A DNA stretch of 64,000 nucleotides. Origin: Oligoflexales bacterium (GTDB lineage Bacteria; Bdellovibrionota_B; Oligoflexia; Oligoflexales; JAPPIL01). The stretch covers positions 1,152,001-1,216,000 of the forward strand of contig OZ244057.1 of NCBI GenBank assembly GCA_965215515.1, in the 5' to 3' direction. This document shows, in pieces, positions 50,203-60,917 of this stretch. Made by a program: the position numbers and the translations under genes. The notes below the pieces were generated by a model. That model saw only the letters and a list, made by a program, of their open reading frames with translations, was not told the DNA's origin and made no database searches. Position 1 is the first letter of the stretch, and every line of letters starts with the position of its first letter.

Positions 50203-53200
50203 ATCCCGCATCGCAGGACACTAAGTGGCAGGTGTTGGTGAACAACAAGGCTGTCGTTATCGTGTGGTCGGGGTATAGTTTATGCACGGCATGGCGGTAG
50301 TTTTTGAGTTGCTGTGCGTAGACACCTAGGTCATCAGGTCGCACCCCCGTCTTGTAATCGATCAGTTGCAAGCGCTGCTGAGGGTAGCAAATCAGCAGGT
50401 CAATTACCCCGTTGATCAAACGACCTTCAGCGAGACAGACGATGGGCATTTCCGCTCTGCTCCATAAAGCGTCACACCACAACTCTTGCCATACGGAAGA
50501 AGCAAGCAATGTCTGTAGCGTGCGCTCAGCCTTCTGGCGCAGCGACGCACGCTCCTCGCCCAACTCCGCCGCTAATTCATCCCAATAACCCCCAGTCAGC
50601 GGAGCAGCCCGCTTGACATGCTGCTCAAGTGCCTTGTGCAAATAAATACCATAGACCCGTGCCGCAGGAGAATACTCCTGCGACTCAACACCGAATCCAC
50701 GCCGCTGATGCGGCAACAAAATACGCACCTCTTGCGACAAACTATCACGATGCACACGTGCACATGATTCCACGCCACCCTTCACATCTGAGTGCAAGGA
50801 GCGAGCTAGCAAGCGAGCGTTACTAAAAGCAGCTTTGCTTTCTCGCTCCGCTCCGCTTCGCAGGGTGATTATTTCCCCCTCATCCCCTGCTGCGCCGCGC
50901 CAGTCCAAATCGCTGTCTTTGACTGCGGTGACGATGCGAGTTAAAAAACCCGCGTCTTTGCTCGTTCGTTTCGGGGTGCGGCCGCAGATGAGCAGATAGT
51001 GCTCGGCACGTGTTAAGGCCACATACAGCAAGCGTAACGACTCGGCAGCATTTTCTTTGTCGTGTTGTGCGTAGATAGCGTCTAGTTCGCTTTCTTGCGG
51101 GCGTGCGGTGGTTTTGCCGCTGTAGATAACACGATCGTTTGTTTTCAGCCAGTAGTTGTCACGCTGTGGCCATTTTTCCTGTGCTTGCACCAAGATGACA
51201 TATTTAAATTGCAGCCCCTTCGCTTTATGAATCGTCATCAGAGTTACCGCGTCGGCAGGTGTGGCAGCACCGCCCACACCGTCATGTTGCGCCTGTGTTG
51301 CCAGCCGCACATGCAGCGCGCCCCACGTGTGGCAACCCTCCCGTTCCGCCGCCGCGAGTAAGTCGATAAAACGCACGATGTTTTGGAGTGCTTGCCGCCC
51401 GACAAACTCATCGCCATGCTGTCGATAGGCACGCCAAGCATCGAGACGTTGCAGGGCATACAGTAGCAGACGGCAGGGAGTCGTCTTAGCGCGCAGCTTG
51501 CACAGCTCCTGCAACGCCTGCACCTGGTGTGGGTAACGTGCCGCTAAAGCTTGCAAGATGTGAGAACTGCGATAAACGCGCCGCTCGTCCTGTTGTGCAG
51601 CATAAGTGTGCAGCAGTTCTGGTGCGGGGACAGCACAGAGCGGGCTGCGCAACACCGTCAGCAGGGCTTGCTGGTCTTGCGGTAACGCTAACCATTTGCA
51701 CAAAGCTGACAAGTCACGACTCGTCGAGGCGGCGAAAAACCCCTGCTCCTCATAACACACACCGTTCAACCCCTCCCCGAGCAAAGCCGCACGAAAAACA
51801 TCGGCATGAGTGCCATTGCGATACAAAATGCAGACATCACGAGCTTGCAGATGTGGTTTGCCCCGCAAAGTTTGCGCGATGTGCTGTGCCACATAGGCTG
51901 CCTCTTCGCTAACCTCTGTAGTGGTAAGCGATGCCAACACGACCGTGCCATAATCACCTACTCGCTGAGTGCCTGGTGCAGGTCGATGAGGCAAAAAATC
52001 AGGCAAGGCAAGAGCGGGGAAGATGACGTTGAAGAATTGCAACAAGTGCGCGGCAGAGCGATAATTGACCGTCAGCGGATAGTGATGCGGGGTGAATTTA
52101 GCGAGGTCGGCACTGGCAGTCGCCATAATTTTCGCCTCTGCGCCGCGAAAAGCATAGATGGATTGTTTGGGGTCACCGACGATGAACACCGTTGCCTGCA
52201 GCCCTTGCCGTGCCGCCACACAGTTTTCGCCTGCCAGCAGTTCCGTACTCAGCTGACGAAAAATATCCCACTGCGGCATGCTGGTATCTTGAAACTCATC
52301 GAGAAGAAGGTGCGCGATGCGCTGCTGCAAGTAAAACAACAGACCTGCATCACGTGCCAGCAGTTCCTGCACAAGAGTTGTCAAATCCTGAAAATCAAGC
52401 ATGTGCTGATTTTTTTTCAATGCTCGATATATCTCCCGCCAGCGTTGCCACAACGCAAAATAGGTCGTGCCGCGGGCATTGAGATGCTGCAACTGGTCGG
52501 CTTGGCGGCGCGTGCGAAACGCTCGGTCGAGTTCGTCGAGCTGCGCTTTCAGTCGTTTGCGGATATCGGGCGGAAGCAGACGGCGGTTAATTTTTTTGCG
52601 TGTCAAGACACCGCATCGGGACAATTCGGCCTGTGTCGTCGCCGCCGCACAACCAGCAAAAGCTGGCGACAAAGCAGCCAAACGTTGTGCTGTCGTCTTC
52701 CACGACGGTGCGGCAGGCACGGTCAGATGACGCAGAGAAACATTCCCGCGGGTGGACAGTGCCATGACGTTGCGGCGCACAGCAGCAGTGCCTTCTTCCC
52801 GCACAATCTGCTGCGCCCAGGCGGGAACAGCCCGCCATAGTCGCTGCCAGCTGCGTTCTCGCAGCTCGGCGGCTTCGGCGGCGGCGACAATCTTAAACGG
52901 GCGCGGCACAGCGGCAAACCCCTGTCCCGCGAGGCTCGCCAGCCACTCGCTACAGACACTGTCGATGGTGGCGATGTTGAGTTTTTGTGATTGACTGAGA
53001 ATAACATTACTCACCTGCACGGCTGCACGCGGCGGCCGCACCCGCAGTCGTGCCGCCTGGGGCAACGCTTCGTGATAACCGCACTGTGCGGTGTCAAACG
53101 CTCGCTGTGCTTCCCTATCGGTCGCTAGCTCGGCGGCGGCGGCGATTACCCTAGTGCGCATCTCCGCAGCCGCTTTGCGAGTGAAGGTGATGGTTAAAAT

Positions 53201-53365
53201 TTCATGTGGTGCGGCATGTGCCCCGACCAAAAACAAAAACCGCCGACTCAGCTGCCATGTCTTGCCTGCACCTGCCGCAGCACTGACTATGCAGCTGTGA
53301 TAGGGATTTTGCGGCGCGCTCAACCTTCCGTTCCTCTGTCTCTCTGTGGGACGGCACGGGAACAA
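50201..53365 (-). CDS. addA: AddA/RecB-like UvrD helicase-nuclease
   Basis: AAAGAGKT, ITFTRKAA.EM, LDEFQDTS, VGDPKQSIY.FRGA, TIHKAKGL, YVALTRA, G.IDL...IDYKTG. Confidence 0.85.
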   Translation of the reverse strand: MFPCRPTERQRNGRLSAPQNPYHSCIVSAAAGAGKTWQLSRRFLFLVGAHAAPHEILTITFTRKAAAEMRTRVIAAAAELATDREAQRAFDTAQCGYHEALPQAARLRVRPPRAAVQVSNVILSQSQKLNIATIDSVCSEWLASLAGQGFAAVPRPFKIVAAAEAAELRERSWQRLWRAVPAWAQQIVREEGTAAVRRNVMALSTRGNVSLRHLTVPAAPSWKTTAQRLAALSPAFAGCAAATTQAELSRCGVLTRKKINRRLLPPDIRKRLKAQLDELDRAFRTRRQADQLQHLNARGTTYFALWQRWREIYRALKKNQHMLDFQDLTTLVQELLARDAGLLFYLQQRIAHLLLDEFQDTSMPQWDIFRQLSTELLAGENCVAARQGLQATVFIVGDPKQSIYAFRGAEAKIMATASADLAKFTPHHYPLTVNYRSAAHLLQFFNVIFPALALPDFLPHRPAPGTQRVGDYGTVVLASLTTTEVSEEAAYVAQHIAQTLRGKPHLQARDVCILYRNGTHADVFRAALLGEGLNGVCYEEQGFFAASTSRDLSALCKWLALPQDQQALLTVLRSPLCAVPAPELLHTYAAQQDERRVYRSSHILQALAARYPHQVQALQELCKLRAKTTPCRLLLYALQRLDAWRAYRQHGDEFVGRQALQNIVRFIDLLAAAEREGCHTWGALHVRLATQAQHDGVGGAATPADAVTLMTIHKAKGLQFKYVILVQAQEKWPQRDNYWLKTNDRVIYSGKTTARPQESELDAIYAQHDKENAAESLRLLYVALTRAEHYLLICGRTPKRTSKDAGFLTRIVTAVKDSDLDWRGAAGDEGEIITLRSGAERESKAAFSNARLLARSLHSDVKGGVESCARVHRDSLSQEVRILLPHQRRGFGVESQEYSPAARVYGIYLHKALEQHVKRAAPLTGGYWDELAAELGEERASLRQKAERTLQTLLASSVWQELWCDALWSRAEMPIVCLAEGRLINGVIDLLICYPQQRLQLIDYKTGVRPDDLGVYAQQLKNYRHAVHKLYPDHTITTALLFTNTCHLVSCDAG

Positions 53366-53392
53366 CGCACCAGCTTCCTCGCTGGTAACAGA

Positions 53393-55477
53393 CTAGACCA
53401 GCCCACGTAAACGTTCCAGCACCTGTGCGGGTGCGGTGGCGTAGGACCCAAAGGACATCGTGTGTGTGCCTCGTCCTTGCGTCACGGAGCGTAGGCTAGT
53501 GGCGTAGCCGAACAGTTCTGCCAGCGGTGCATGGCAGGTCAGAGCTTGCAGATGCCCCCGCATTTCGATACTGGTAACCCTGGCACGGCGGCTGTTAAAA
53601 TCAGCGATAACGTTGGAGACATAGGCTTCAGGCACCGAGACAGCGACGGTCATAATAGGCTCCAGCAAACGCGACTCGCCTTCCCGCAACAGCCGTCGCA
53701 TGAGCATGCTGGCGGCGATAGTAAAGGCACTTTCGTCAGAAAAATCGGGGTGGAAGCTACCGCCCGTTACCTGTACCCGCACACCGATAACAGGGTAACC
53801 CGCCAGTGCTCCTGCCTGTAAGGTGCTCTTGATTCCTGTCGCGATAGCGGCGTGAAACCGTGCGGGCAGTGTTTCTGGGTCGACCTCGTAAACGATTTCC
53901 AGTTCTCGGTCAGAGGCAACGGGGGTCAGAAGCAACTGCACATGGGCATACTTGTTCAATCCCGCTCCCTCACGCTGGTATTTTTCTTCCCCTGTGACCG
54001 ACTGGGCGAGTGTCTCCCGATAGGCAACTTGCGGTGTGCCTGTATTGACCGACAGTTTGAATTCACGCCGCAAACGATCGACGATAACTTCCAGATGCAG
54101 CTCACCCATGCCGCTGATTATATTCTGCCCCGTTTCCTTGTCGATACGAAAAGCGAAGGACGGGTCTTCTGTCTTCAGGCGCTCCAGCACCTGTAACAAG
54201 CGACTGTTGTCGGCACTCGTCTCTGGCTCAATTGCGACCGAGATGACCGTCTCTGGAAAAGACACCGATTCGTAGCGGATGGGGTGGGCGGGATCGCACA
54301 GCGTATCACCCGTATACACGTCTTTCAGTCCGTTGATGGCGTAAATCTGCCCCGCGCTGCCTTCGCGCACTTCTTGGCGAGTGTTGGAGTGCATGCGCAA
54401 GATTTTCTGCACTCGTTCCTTCCTGCCGCTGCGACTGTTCAACACCACCCGCCCCGCCTGAAAACGCCCCGAATAGACGCGCAGGTACATCAGTTGCCCC
54501 GCGAACGGGTCGGAAATTATCTTGAAGATAAGGGCCGAAAACGGTGCGGCGACCGTGCGTTCCCGTGTCAATTTTGTCTCGCGGGTATCGGCGCTGTAAC
54601 CTTCGACGCGCGGGGTGTCGAGCGGTGAGGGCAGATAAGCGAGCACCGCGTCGAGCAACTGTTGTACGCCTTTGTTTTTGAAGGCACTGCCACACAGAAC
54701 AGGGACGACGCGCAGTGCGAGTACCGCCTGGCGCACCGCTTGTTGCAGGTAAACGGCGGAAATTTCCTGTCCTTCGATGAAACGCTCCATCAGTTCGTCA
54801 TCGTGTTCACAGAGGGCTTCGATCAGGCGTTCTCGTCGGTCCTTGATGTTGGGCACAAGGGCATCGGGTACGGGTAGAATTTGAAAATCTACCCCTAGCC
54901 CCGTGTCGTCTTCTCGCCAGACATAGGCTTGTTCGGTGATTAAATCGACTACTCCTGTGAACGCGTCTTCTTTACCGAGGGGGTACTGTACGACAAGAGG
55001 ATTGGCGTTGAGTTTCTGGCGAATGGAGGTGACTGCGGCGTTGAAATCCGCTCCGATACGATCCATCTTGTTGATGAATACCACCCTCGGAATACGGTAG
55101 CGGTCAGCTTGATACCAGACCGTCTCCGACTGCGGCTCAACCCCCGCGACCGAATCAAACACGGCTATTACTCCATCGAGCACTCGCAACGAGCGTTCAA
55201 CCTCGATAGTGAAATCGACATGCCCTGGTGTGTCGATGATGTTGATCTGGTGGTCTTTCCAAAAACAAGTCGTCGCCGCGGCGGTGATGGTGATCCCGCG
55301 CTCCTGTTCCTGCACCATCCAATCCATCGTCGCCGAGCCGTCGTGCACCTCGCCGATCTTATGAATCTTACCGCTGTAATAGAGGATACGCTCGGTGGTG
55401 GTGGTTTTCCCCGCGTCGATATGCGCCATCAAACCGATGTTGCGCATATTCTCCTGCCGTCTGTTACGCTCGCTCAT
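53393..55477 (-). CDS. fusA: Elongation factor G
   Basis: [30 protein letters not shown]. Confidence 0.97.
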   Translation of the reverse strand: MSERNRRQENMRNIGLMAHIDAGKTTTTERILYYSGKIHKIGEVHDGSATMDWMVQEQERGITITAAATTCFWKDHQINIIDTPGHVDFTIEVERSLRVLDGVIAVFDSVAGVEPQSETVWYQADRYRIPRVVFINKMDRIGADFNAAVTSIRQKLNANPLVVQYPLGKEDAFTGVVDLITEQAYVWREDDTGLGVDFQILPVPDALVPNIKDRRERLIEALCEHDDELMERFIEGQEISAVYLQQAVRQAVLALRVVPVLCGSAFKNKGVQQLLDAVLAYLPSPLDTPRVEGYSADTRETKLTRERTVAAPFSALIFKIISDPFAGQLMYLRVYSGRFQAGRVVLNSRSGRKERVQKILRMHSNTRQEVREGSAGQIYAINGLKDVYTGDTLCDPAHPIRYESVSFPETVISVAIEPETSADNSRLLQVLERLKTEDPSFAFRIDKETGQNIISGMGELHLEVIVDRLRREFKLSVNTGTPQVAYRETLAQSVTGEEKYQREGAGLNKYAHVQLLLTPVASDRELEIVYEVDPETLPARFHAAIATGIKSTLQAGALAGYPVIGVRVQVTGGSFHPDFSDESAFTIAASMLMRRLLREGESRLLEPIMTVAVSVPEAYVSNVIADFNSRRARVTSIEMRGHLQALTCHAPLAELFGYATSLRSVTQGRGTHTMSFGSYATAPAQVLERLRGLV

Positions 55478-55587
55478 CGCCGCGCCGTTACCTGGGATAA
55501 AGAGTTTTGCCTGCTATTCTAACACGACCTTGACCGCAACGCAGCAGCAAAAACACAACTCTGTGGAAGGGAGGAAAGACTCGTGTG

Positions 55588-56067
55588 TCACCAGCGGTAG
55601 TGAGCAAAGGCCTTGTTGGCCTCCGCCATTTTGTGTACTTCTTCCTTCTTTTTGATCGTCGGCCCGCGCCGATGTGCGGCATCGATCAGCTCGGCGGAGA
55701 GTTTTTCCATGATACTGCGTCCCGCACGTTTGCGGGCGAAACCGATCAACCACCTGATAGCCAGAGCACGGCGACGATCGGGCTTTACTTCGATAGGAAT
55801 CTGGTAGTTCGAGCCACCTACCCGCCGTGATTTAACTTCCAGCACGGGTTTAGCGTTCTCTACGGCGGTTTCGAACAACTGCAACGGAGTTTGAAACCCT
55901 TCTCCACCGCGCGCTGCGATCAGATCGAGTGCACCGTAAAAAGCCTTCTCCGCACAGGATTTTTTGCCATCCAGCATCATGCAGTTGATGAACTTCGCCA
56001 CCAACTCCTGCTTGTACTTGGGATCGGGGAGAATCTCACGTTTGTCCGCTACCCTGCGTCGTGCCAT
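55588..56067 (-). CDS. rpsG: 30S ribosomal protein S7
   Basis: [28 protein letters not shown]. Confidence 0.98.
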   Translation of the reverse strand: MARRRVADKREILPDPKYKQELVAKFINCMMLDGKKSCAEKAFYGALDLIAARGGEGFQTPLQLFETAVENAKPVLEVKSRRVGGSNYQIPIEVKPDRRRALAIRWLIGFARKRAGRSIMEKLSAELIDAAHRRGPTIKKKEEVHKMAEANKAFAHYRW

Positions 56068-56072
56068 GTGTG

Positions 56073-56447
56073 CTAACCCTTCGCACGTTTTGTGCCGTAT
56101 TTACTGCGTCCGCGCTTGCGTTTCTCCACTCCCGAGGTGTCCATCGACCCGCGCACGACGTGATAGCGTACCCCTGGCAAGTCCTTGACCTTACCGCCGC
56201 GAATCAGCACCACCGAGTGTTCTTGCAAGTTGTGGCCTTCGCCACCGATGTAGGAGGTCACCTCAGTGCCGTTCGACAGGCGTACCCTCGCCACTTTACG
56301 CAGCGCCGAATTCGGCTTCTTGGGTGTGGTGGTGTAGACGCGCACGCACACCCCCCGTCTTTGCGGGCAGCGCTCCAGCGCGGGACACTTGGCACGTGCT
56401 TTCAGCTGTTTGCGCCCCTTGCTGATAATCTGACTGATGGTCGGCAC
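56073..56447 (-). CDS. rpsL: 30S ribosomal protein S12
   Basis: GTG start [23 protein letters not shown]. Confidence 0.98.
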   Translation of the reverse strand: MPTISQIISKGRKQLKARAKCPALERCPQRRGVCVRVYTTTPKKPNSALRKVARVRLSNGTEVTSYIGGEGHNLQEHSVVLIRGGKVKDLPGVRYHVVRGSMDTSGVEKRKRGRSKYGTKRAKG

Positions 56448-56545
56448 TGACTGTCTCTCATCGGCTAACAGACGCAGGTGTTTACTAGAGTGGGACGCAA
56501 GTTGCAACAGATTTTTTCAGTGCTCTTCCCTTGTCGGTGTGGGTG

Positions 56546-57607
56546 CTACTCCGTGTCATCCCAGGCGATGATGACCTTACCGCTCTTACCGCAGCGCATC
56601 TGCTCGAACGCGGTGCGGAATTCTCGTCGCGGGTAACGATGTGTGATAACGGGGGCGATGTCAAGACCGCTCTGCAACATGCTGGTCACTTTGTACCAAG
56701 TGTCGAACATTTTGCGTCCGAAGATGCCGCGCATAGTGATCCCTTTGAGAATGATGTCGTTCCAATCGACGGAGAAAGGTTGCTTGAAGATACCCAGCAA
56801 CGCCACCTTTGCTCCGTGTTTCAGACAACCGAGCATCTGCCGTAGTGCGTCTGCGTTGCCAGACATCTCGCAACCGATATCGAAGCCCTCCTGCATGCCG
56901 AGCTGTTGCATGACCGTTTGCATCTCAACCTGCGCGGCGTTTACGGCCTGTGTTGCCCCCATTTTTTTCGCTAACTGCAAACGTTCGGGGTTGATATCGG
57001 TGGTGACGACATGGCGTGCCCCGACGTGACGAGCGATGGCGGTGACCATCAAGCCGATCGGCCCCGCTCCCGTTACCAGTACGTCCTCTCCGACGAGATC
57101 GAATTCCAGTGCGGTGTGCGCGGCGTTACCGAGCGGATCGTAGATGGCTGCGACCTCCGCGTCGATTCCCGTGCCGATACGGTACACGTTCTGACGGGGC
57201 AAAAGGATGAAGTCGGCAAACGCCCCAGCCCGCTCCACCCCTACTCCGCACGGGCGGATACAGAGATGCCGCTTGCCCGCCAGACAATTACGACAACGCG
57301 CACAGGTGATGTGTCCTTCGCCCGTGACCAACTGTCCTACCGTGAGGTCATCGATGCCTGTACCACACGCCGCAACCTTGCCGACGAACTCATGCCCCAC
57401 GACCAGCGGGATAGGCAGGGTTTTCTGTGCCCACGCGTCCCAATTCCAGATGTGAATATCCGTGCCACAGATGGCGACCTTGCACACCTTGATCAACACT
57501 TCCTGTGCCGCAGGTAAGCCAGGCAGCGGGACTTCCCGCAACTGCAAACCCACCTCGGCTCGCTCCTTCACCAACGCTTGCATTTTCCGCATCTCATCCC
57601 AGCTCAA
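56546..57607 (-). CDS. tdh: L-threonine 3-dehydrogenase
   Basis: ICGTDIHIWNWDAWAQ, GHE, GEGHITC, GFDIG.EMSG, GRKMFDTWY; true start probably a few codons in. Confidence 0.93.
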   Translation of the reverse strand: MSWDEMRKMQALVKERAEVGLQLREVPLPGLPAAQEVLIKVCKVAICGTDIHIWNWDAWAQKTLPIPLVVGHEFVGKVAACGTGIDDLTVGQLVTGEGHITCARCRNCLAGKRHLCIRPCGVGVERAGAFADFILLPRQNVYRIGTGIDAEVAAIYDPLGNAAHTALEFDLVGEDVLVTGAGPIGLMVTAIARHVGARHVVTTDINPERLQLAKKMGATQAVNAAQVEMQTVMQQLGMQEGFDIGCEMSGNADALRQMLGCLKHGAKVALLGIFKQPFSVDWNDIILKGITMRGIFGRKMFDTWYKVTSMLQSGLDIAPVITHRYPRREFRTAFEQMRCGKSGKVIIAWDDTE

Positions 57608-57691
57608 CGGTGAACTGGGACAGGCTAGTGAAGCTCACAGAGTATGTCAAGCGACCGCTTTCTCTTCGTCGTGGGTGCGAGGTCATGCTGG

Positions 57692-58594
57692 CTACGGTAT
57701 GCCCGTGAGGACTGTCTTCTGGCGCGCAGAAAGGTCAGGTAATCCCGCGAAAGCCGCTAAAGGGTAGCGGGGTGGCTTTTGGAAAGGATTAGCGATAAAG
57801 CTTGTATAGGTCATATAACGATAGAGCAGAATATGCCGCATACCTTTCTGGAGACGGCTACCGTAGTGAAAACAACGTGAGGTATCGACGAACACCGCAG
57901 TACCTTTGCGGCCTGTAATACTCACGACAGCCGTGTCGGGATCGAGCAAGCTATACATGTCTGCATCGGGAATACGACGACGGTTGTGCCAGTTGTAGCG
58001 CAGCTTACGCCGTACTCGCTGCGAGAGGGGCGCGGGAATGAGACACAGAGGGCCGTTGTCAGCATTAATATCGTCGAGAAAGATAAACACCTTGATCTGG
58101 TAAGTGTCTGAATGATCGAGATGCCAGAGCTGACTACCCTTTCTCGGGGCAGTGCCCGCGGGCAACGAGCGCCAGATAAAGATATAGGGCAGCACGGGAA
58201 TGTGTCCTAAATAATGGGCAACAGGGACGACAAGCTCGTCGGACAAACCGTAGCGCAGGATGGCACGCTGTGCGATCAGATCATGGGGCAGCAGAATACT
58301 GCGCAGAAACCCGTTACCTTCCAGAGAATAATCCACCGCAACATCTCGCTGAGCGACGATCTGCACAGCACTCTCGATAGCCCGTGTCCGCAACTCAGAG
58401 GTCGGTGGCAGAACGAGGTAACCACGCGCACCGATACTATGCTTCGTCTCGGGCAAAGCGGACAGTAGCCGCTTGCCCGCGGCTATCCTCGACCGACAAA
58501 ACGAATACGCCGCGAGCTTATAAAGCCCGCGGCGTAGATTACCCTGAAAGAAATGATTGCCAGGACTGCGACGCAGACTATCCAGCAACGACAA
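57692..58594 (-). CDS. PhyH-like Fe(II)/2-oxoglutarate dioxygenase
   Basis: SQLWHLD, IKVFIFLDDI...NGPL, GT..FVDT..CFHYGSR; HxD...H triad. Confidence 0.8.
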   Translation of the reverse strand: MSLLDSLRRSPGNHFFQGNLRRGLYKLAAYSFCRSRIAAGKRLLSALPETKHSIGARGYLVLPPTSELRTRAIESAVQIVAQRDVAVDYSLEGNGFLRSILLPHDLIAQRAILRYGLSDELVVPVAHYLGHIPVLPYIFIWRSLPAGTAPRKGSQLWHLDHSDTYQIKVFIFLDDINADNGPLCLIPAPLSQRVRRKLRYNWHNRRRIPDADMYSLLDPDTAVVSITGRKGTAVFVDTSRCFHYGSRLQKGMRHILLYRYMTYTSFIANPFQKPPRYPLAAFAGLPDLSARQKTVLTGIP

Positions 58595-58599
58595 GTGCG

Positions 58600-58887
58600 C
58601 TACTCGTTACCAGTGTAGTCACACCCGCCTGCACAGTACTGAGTGTAGCTACCCGCGTAGACACTGCCAAGCTCCTCAACGCTGGTGACGGGCGAACTCG
58701 GCAGCACGAGATGTTTCGTCGTCTCACTGTCCTTCACCAAATTGATCGTCTTGCCTTCGGGCACAGGAATCCCCGCCTTGCGCAACTCAGCGGCGGGATC
58801 ACCATCGACCTGTCGGGCAAAGCCAGCATCGCCATGGTAGCGCGCCACAAACTCTACCCATTTTTGATTCGTTTCCGAAGTAGCCAT
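58600..58887 (-). CDS. NHLP (nitrile hydratase-like leader) RiPP precursor peptide
   Basis: AAGGAGG RBS; VAR...D..F......DP.A.L...GI.VPEG..I..V.D......LVLP; EELGSVYAG leader end; core SYTQYCAGGCDYTGNE. Confidence 0.8.
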   Translation of the reverse strand: MATSETNQKWVEFVARYHGDAGFARQVDGDPAAELRKAGIPVPEGKTINLVKDSETTKHLVLPSSPVTSVEELGSVYAGSYTQYCAGGCDYTGNE

Positions 58888-58909
58888 AACACACCCTCCT
58901 TAAAAAAAT

Positions 58910-58960
58910 TAAAAAAAACAGGAAAAAGCCCTCTCTTCCCTGTCACGGGGAGGAGAGCCA
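58910..58960 (-). terminator. Terminator-like hairpin plus U tract just upstream of the precursor RBS
   Basis: Minus strand CTCTCCTCCC-cgtgaca-GGGAAGAGAG then GGCTTTTTCCTGTTTTTTTT. Confidence 0.45.
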
Positions 58961-59202
58961 CACAGCCCAGCCCTCCGTGATCCCTACTCACGAGAGTACT
59001 CAGCCCTATAACACGTAGTCTACCACACCCGCCCCGCGACAATCTAGGAGAACCCCTGACCCGCAGACAAACGGCGGCATCTACACAGCCTAACCTCCGC
59101 CACACTCCCTATCGTAAGGTTCAAGGCGGTATTTTACCCAAACACGCAACAAACTGCTATTAAAAATAAAATCGCGGGTGTTTTTAAATGAGGAAGCGGC
59201 AA

Positions 59203-59901
59203 CTAACCCGCCTCGAAGGTAATGCCGAGTGCGTAGCTGCGGCGGCTGAAGTCGGGGCCGCGTGAGCGCAAGAGCTCCGCCCGCCTCAGTTGCAGGGACA
59301 GGTAGACATTGGTGATGTCGAAGCCGCGCTGCAAGGCTCGCATAGCCCTTTTCTCCAGCCCGCGCAGCGAAACACCTATCCCTGCCTGCATCACCCCGTA
59401 CGGATGCCAGGCCCTGTTGAGGAGAGGGGAGTCGTTCTCCATATCGCCGCTACCGACACGCAACTCCTGCCCGTAAAGATACTCCAGCCCGATGCCGAGA
59501 TCGAGGCTGACCCATTCTCCCAGCGGTTTGAGGGCGGTGAGCAGGAGTACCCGTGCAGGCACGAAAGTTAGGCGTGTTTCTTCCTCCTCATCACGCCTGA
59601 CCGTCCCCCCTTCGACACGTGCCGCCACTCCTCCGTCCTGATACCAGTCAAGCCCGAAACCCACCCCGAGCGCAAATACCCTAGTATACACAGGTAGATA
59701 AGCCGCGGCCGCAACCCCTAGACACCAACTCGTGCCGCGATAAAGCTTCCCGTAGTGCTGCAATTCCCCCGTGAACGTCGGCTTCTGCACGACAAAACCA
59801 ACCCGCTGCACATGCTGGGCAAAGAGAGCGAAGAACGGTTGCCGCACAGCCTCAACCCGCGTCGCCCACAGCATAAGCAACACTAGCCCTAAGTTGCGCA
59901 T
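59203..59901 (-). CDS. Putative outer-membrane beta-barrel protein
   Basis: Signal peptide; alternating strands; terminal YALGITFE. Confidence 0.6.
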   Translation of the reverse strand: MRNLGLVLLMLWATRVEAVRQPFFALFAQHVQRVGFVVQKPTFTGELQHYGKLYRGTSWCLGVAAAAYLPVYTRVFALGVGFGLDWYQDGGVAARVEGGTVRRDEEEETRLTFVPARVLLLTALKPLGEWVSLDLGIGLEYLYGQELRVGSGDMENDSPLLNRAWHPYGVMQAGIGVSLRGLEKRAMRALQRGFDITNVYLSLQLRRAELLRSRGPDFSRRSYALGITFEAG

Positions 59902-60917
59902 CGTCTCTGTGCCAAAATTTTCGTCAGAATTTGCACCGCGTTGGTTGCCGCACCCTTCTTAAGGTTGTTGGCGATGATAAAACACTGCACCCAACGACTG
60001 CGTTCCTCACCGTAGGGCAGACGTACCCGCGTCACCCATACCCGTGATGACGCGGCCACACGACGTGGGGTCGGCAGCTGGGCGTGATCGTCAGCACTGG
60101 CCAACTCCAAGCCCTCCTGATCCCACAAGCATGCCAACGCTTCCGCACGGGTCACCTCCCGTTCCAGCTCGACCGTCACCGCCTCGCTGTGTCCGTGATA
60201 GACGGGGACACGCACCGTCGTGGCACGCACCCGCAGGCGCGGCAGCGCAAGGATACGGCGCGTCTCAGCAACCACCTTCACCTCTTCAAAACAGTGCCCC
60301 GCGGCATCGAAACGATCGATCGCCGCCAGCACGTTGCCCGCAATCCGCTGTGCAAATACCTGCGGCCGCGCCCGTTCGTCGTGCAACTGCTGCTGCAACT
60401 CCGCCACCGCCCTCTGCCCCGCTCCCGATACCGCCTGATAGGTAGCGACATCGACCGCTTGCAAGCCAAACTCACGCCGCAAAGCCGCCAACACCACCAC
60501 CAACTGAATAGTCGCACAGTTGGGATTGGCCACGATGCGACACACCGTGTTATCCAGTAACGCCGCGTTGACCTCGGGCACGACCAACGGCACGTCGGTA
60601 TCCATCCTGAACGCACTGCTGTTATCGACGAGTATAGCATTTTTCGCCGCCAGCTGTCTGCCATAGCGCCGCGCAAAATCCCCTCCCGCGCTCAGCAGCA
60701 CGGCATCAAAACCCTCACAACAGGAAGGACGGGCAAACGCACGCACGCGCAACTGCCGTGCGCCAAAAGATAACCGCTGCCCTTCCGAACGCGACGAAGC
60801 GAAAGCAGTCACATGTCGAAACCCCGCCGCGGCGAGGTCGAGCAACATCTGCTGTCCCACCGCTCCCGTAGCTCCGATCACCGCAACACGTGCGGTCTGG
60901 TGTACCTCAGTCGCCAT
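59889..60917 (-). CDS. asd: Aspartate-semialdehyde dehydrogenase
   Basis: GATGAVG, DNSSAFRM, ANPNC, TYQAVSGAG, RVPV..GHSE, KGAATNAVQI. Confidence 0.95.
   Translation of the reverse strand: MATEVHQTARVAVIGATGAVGQQMLLDLAAAGFRHVTAFASSRSEGQRLSFGARQLRVRAFARPSCCEGFDAVLLSAGGDFARRYGRQLAAKNAILVDNSSAFRMDTDVPLVVPEVNAALLDNTVCRIVANPNCATIQLVVVLAALRREFGLQAVDVATYQAVSGAGQRAVAELQQQLHDERARPQVFAQRIAGNVLAAIDRFDAAGHCFEEVKVVAETRRILALPRLRVRATTVRVPVYHGHSEAVTVELEREVTRAEALACLWDQEGLELASADDHAQLPTPRRVAASSRVWVTRVRLPYGEERSRWVQCFIIANNLKKGAATNAVQILTKILAQRRCAT

Noticed and set aside
51806..52840. 344-aa plus-strand ORF and similar antisense ORFs over pnp, fusA, asd and rseP
   Set aside because: Lie opposite well-supported genes and have no motifs
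59071..59125. 6S RNA-like words (GGCGGCATCT, GGTTCAAGG) or an IS3 tip
   Set aside because: Matches are short, in the wrong order for 6S, and no long hairpin was evident
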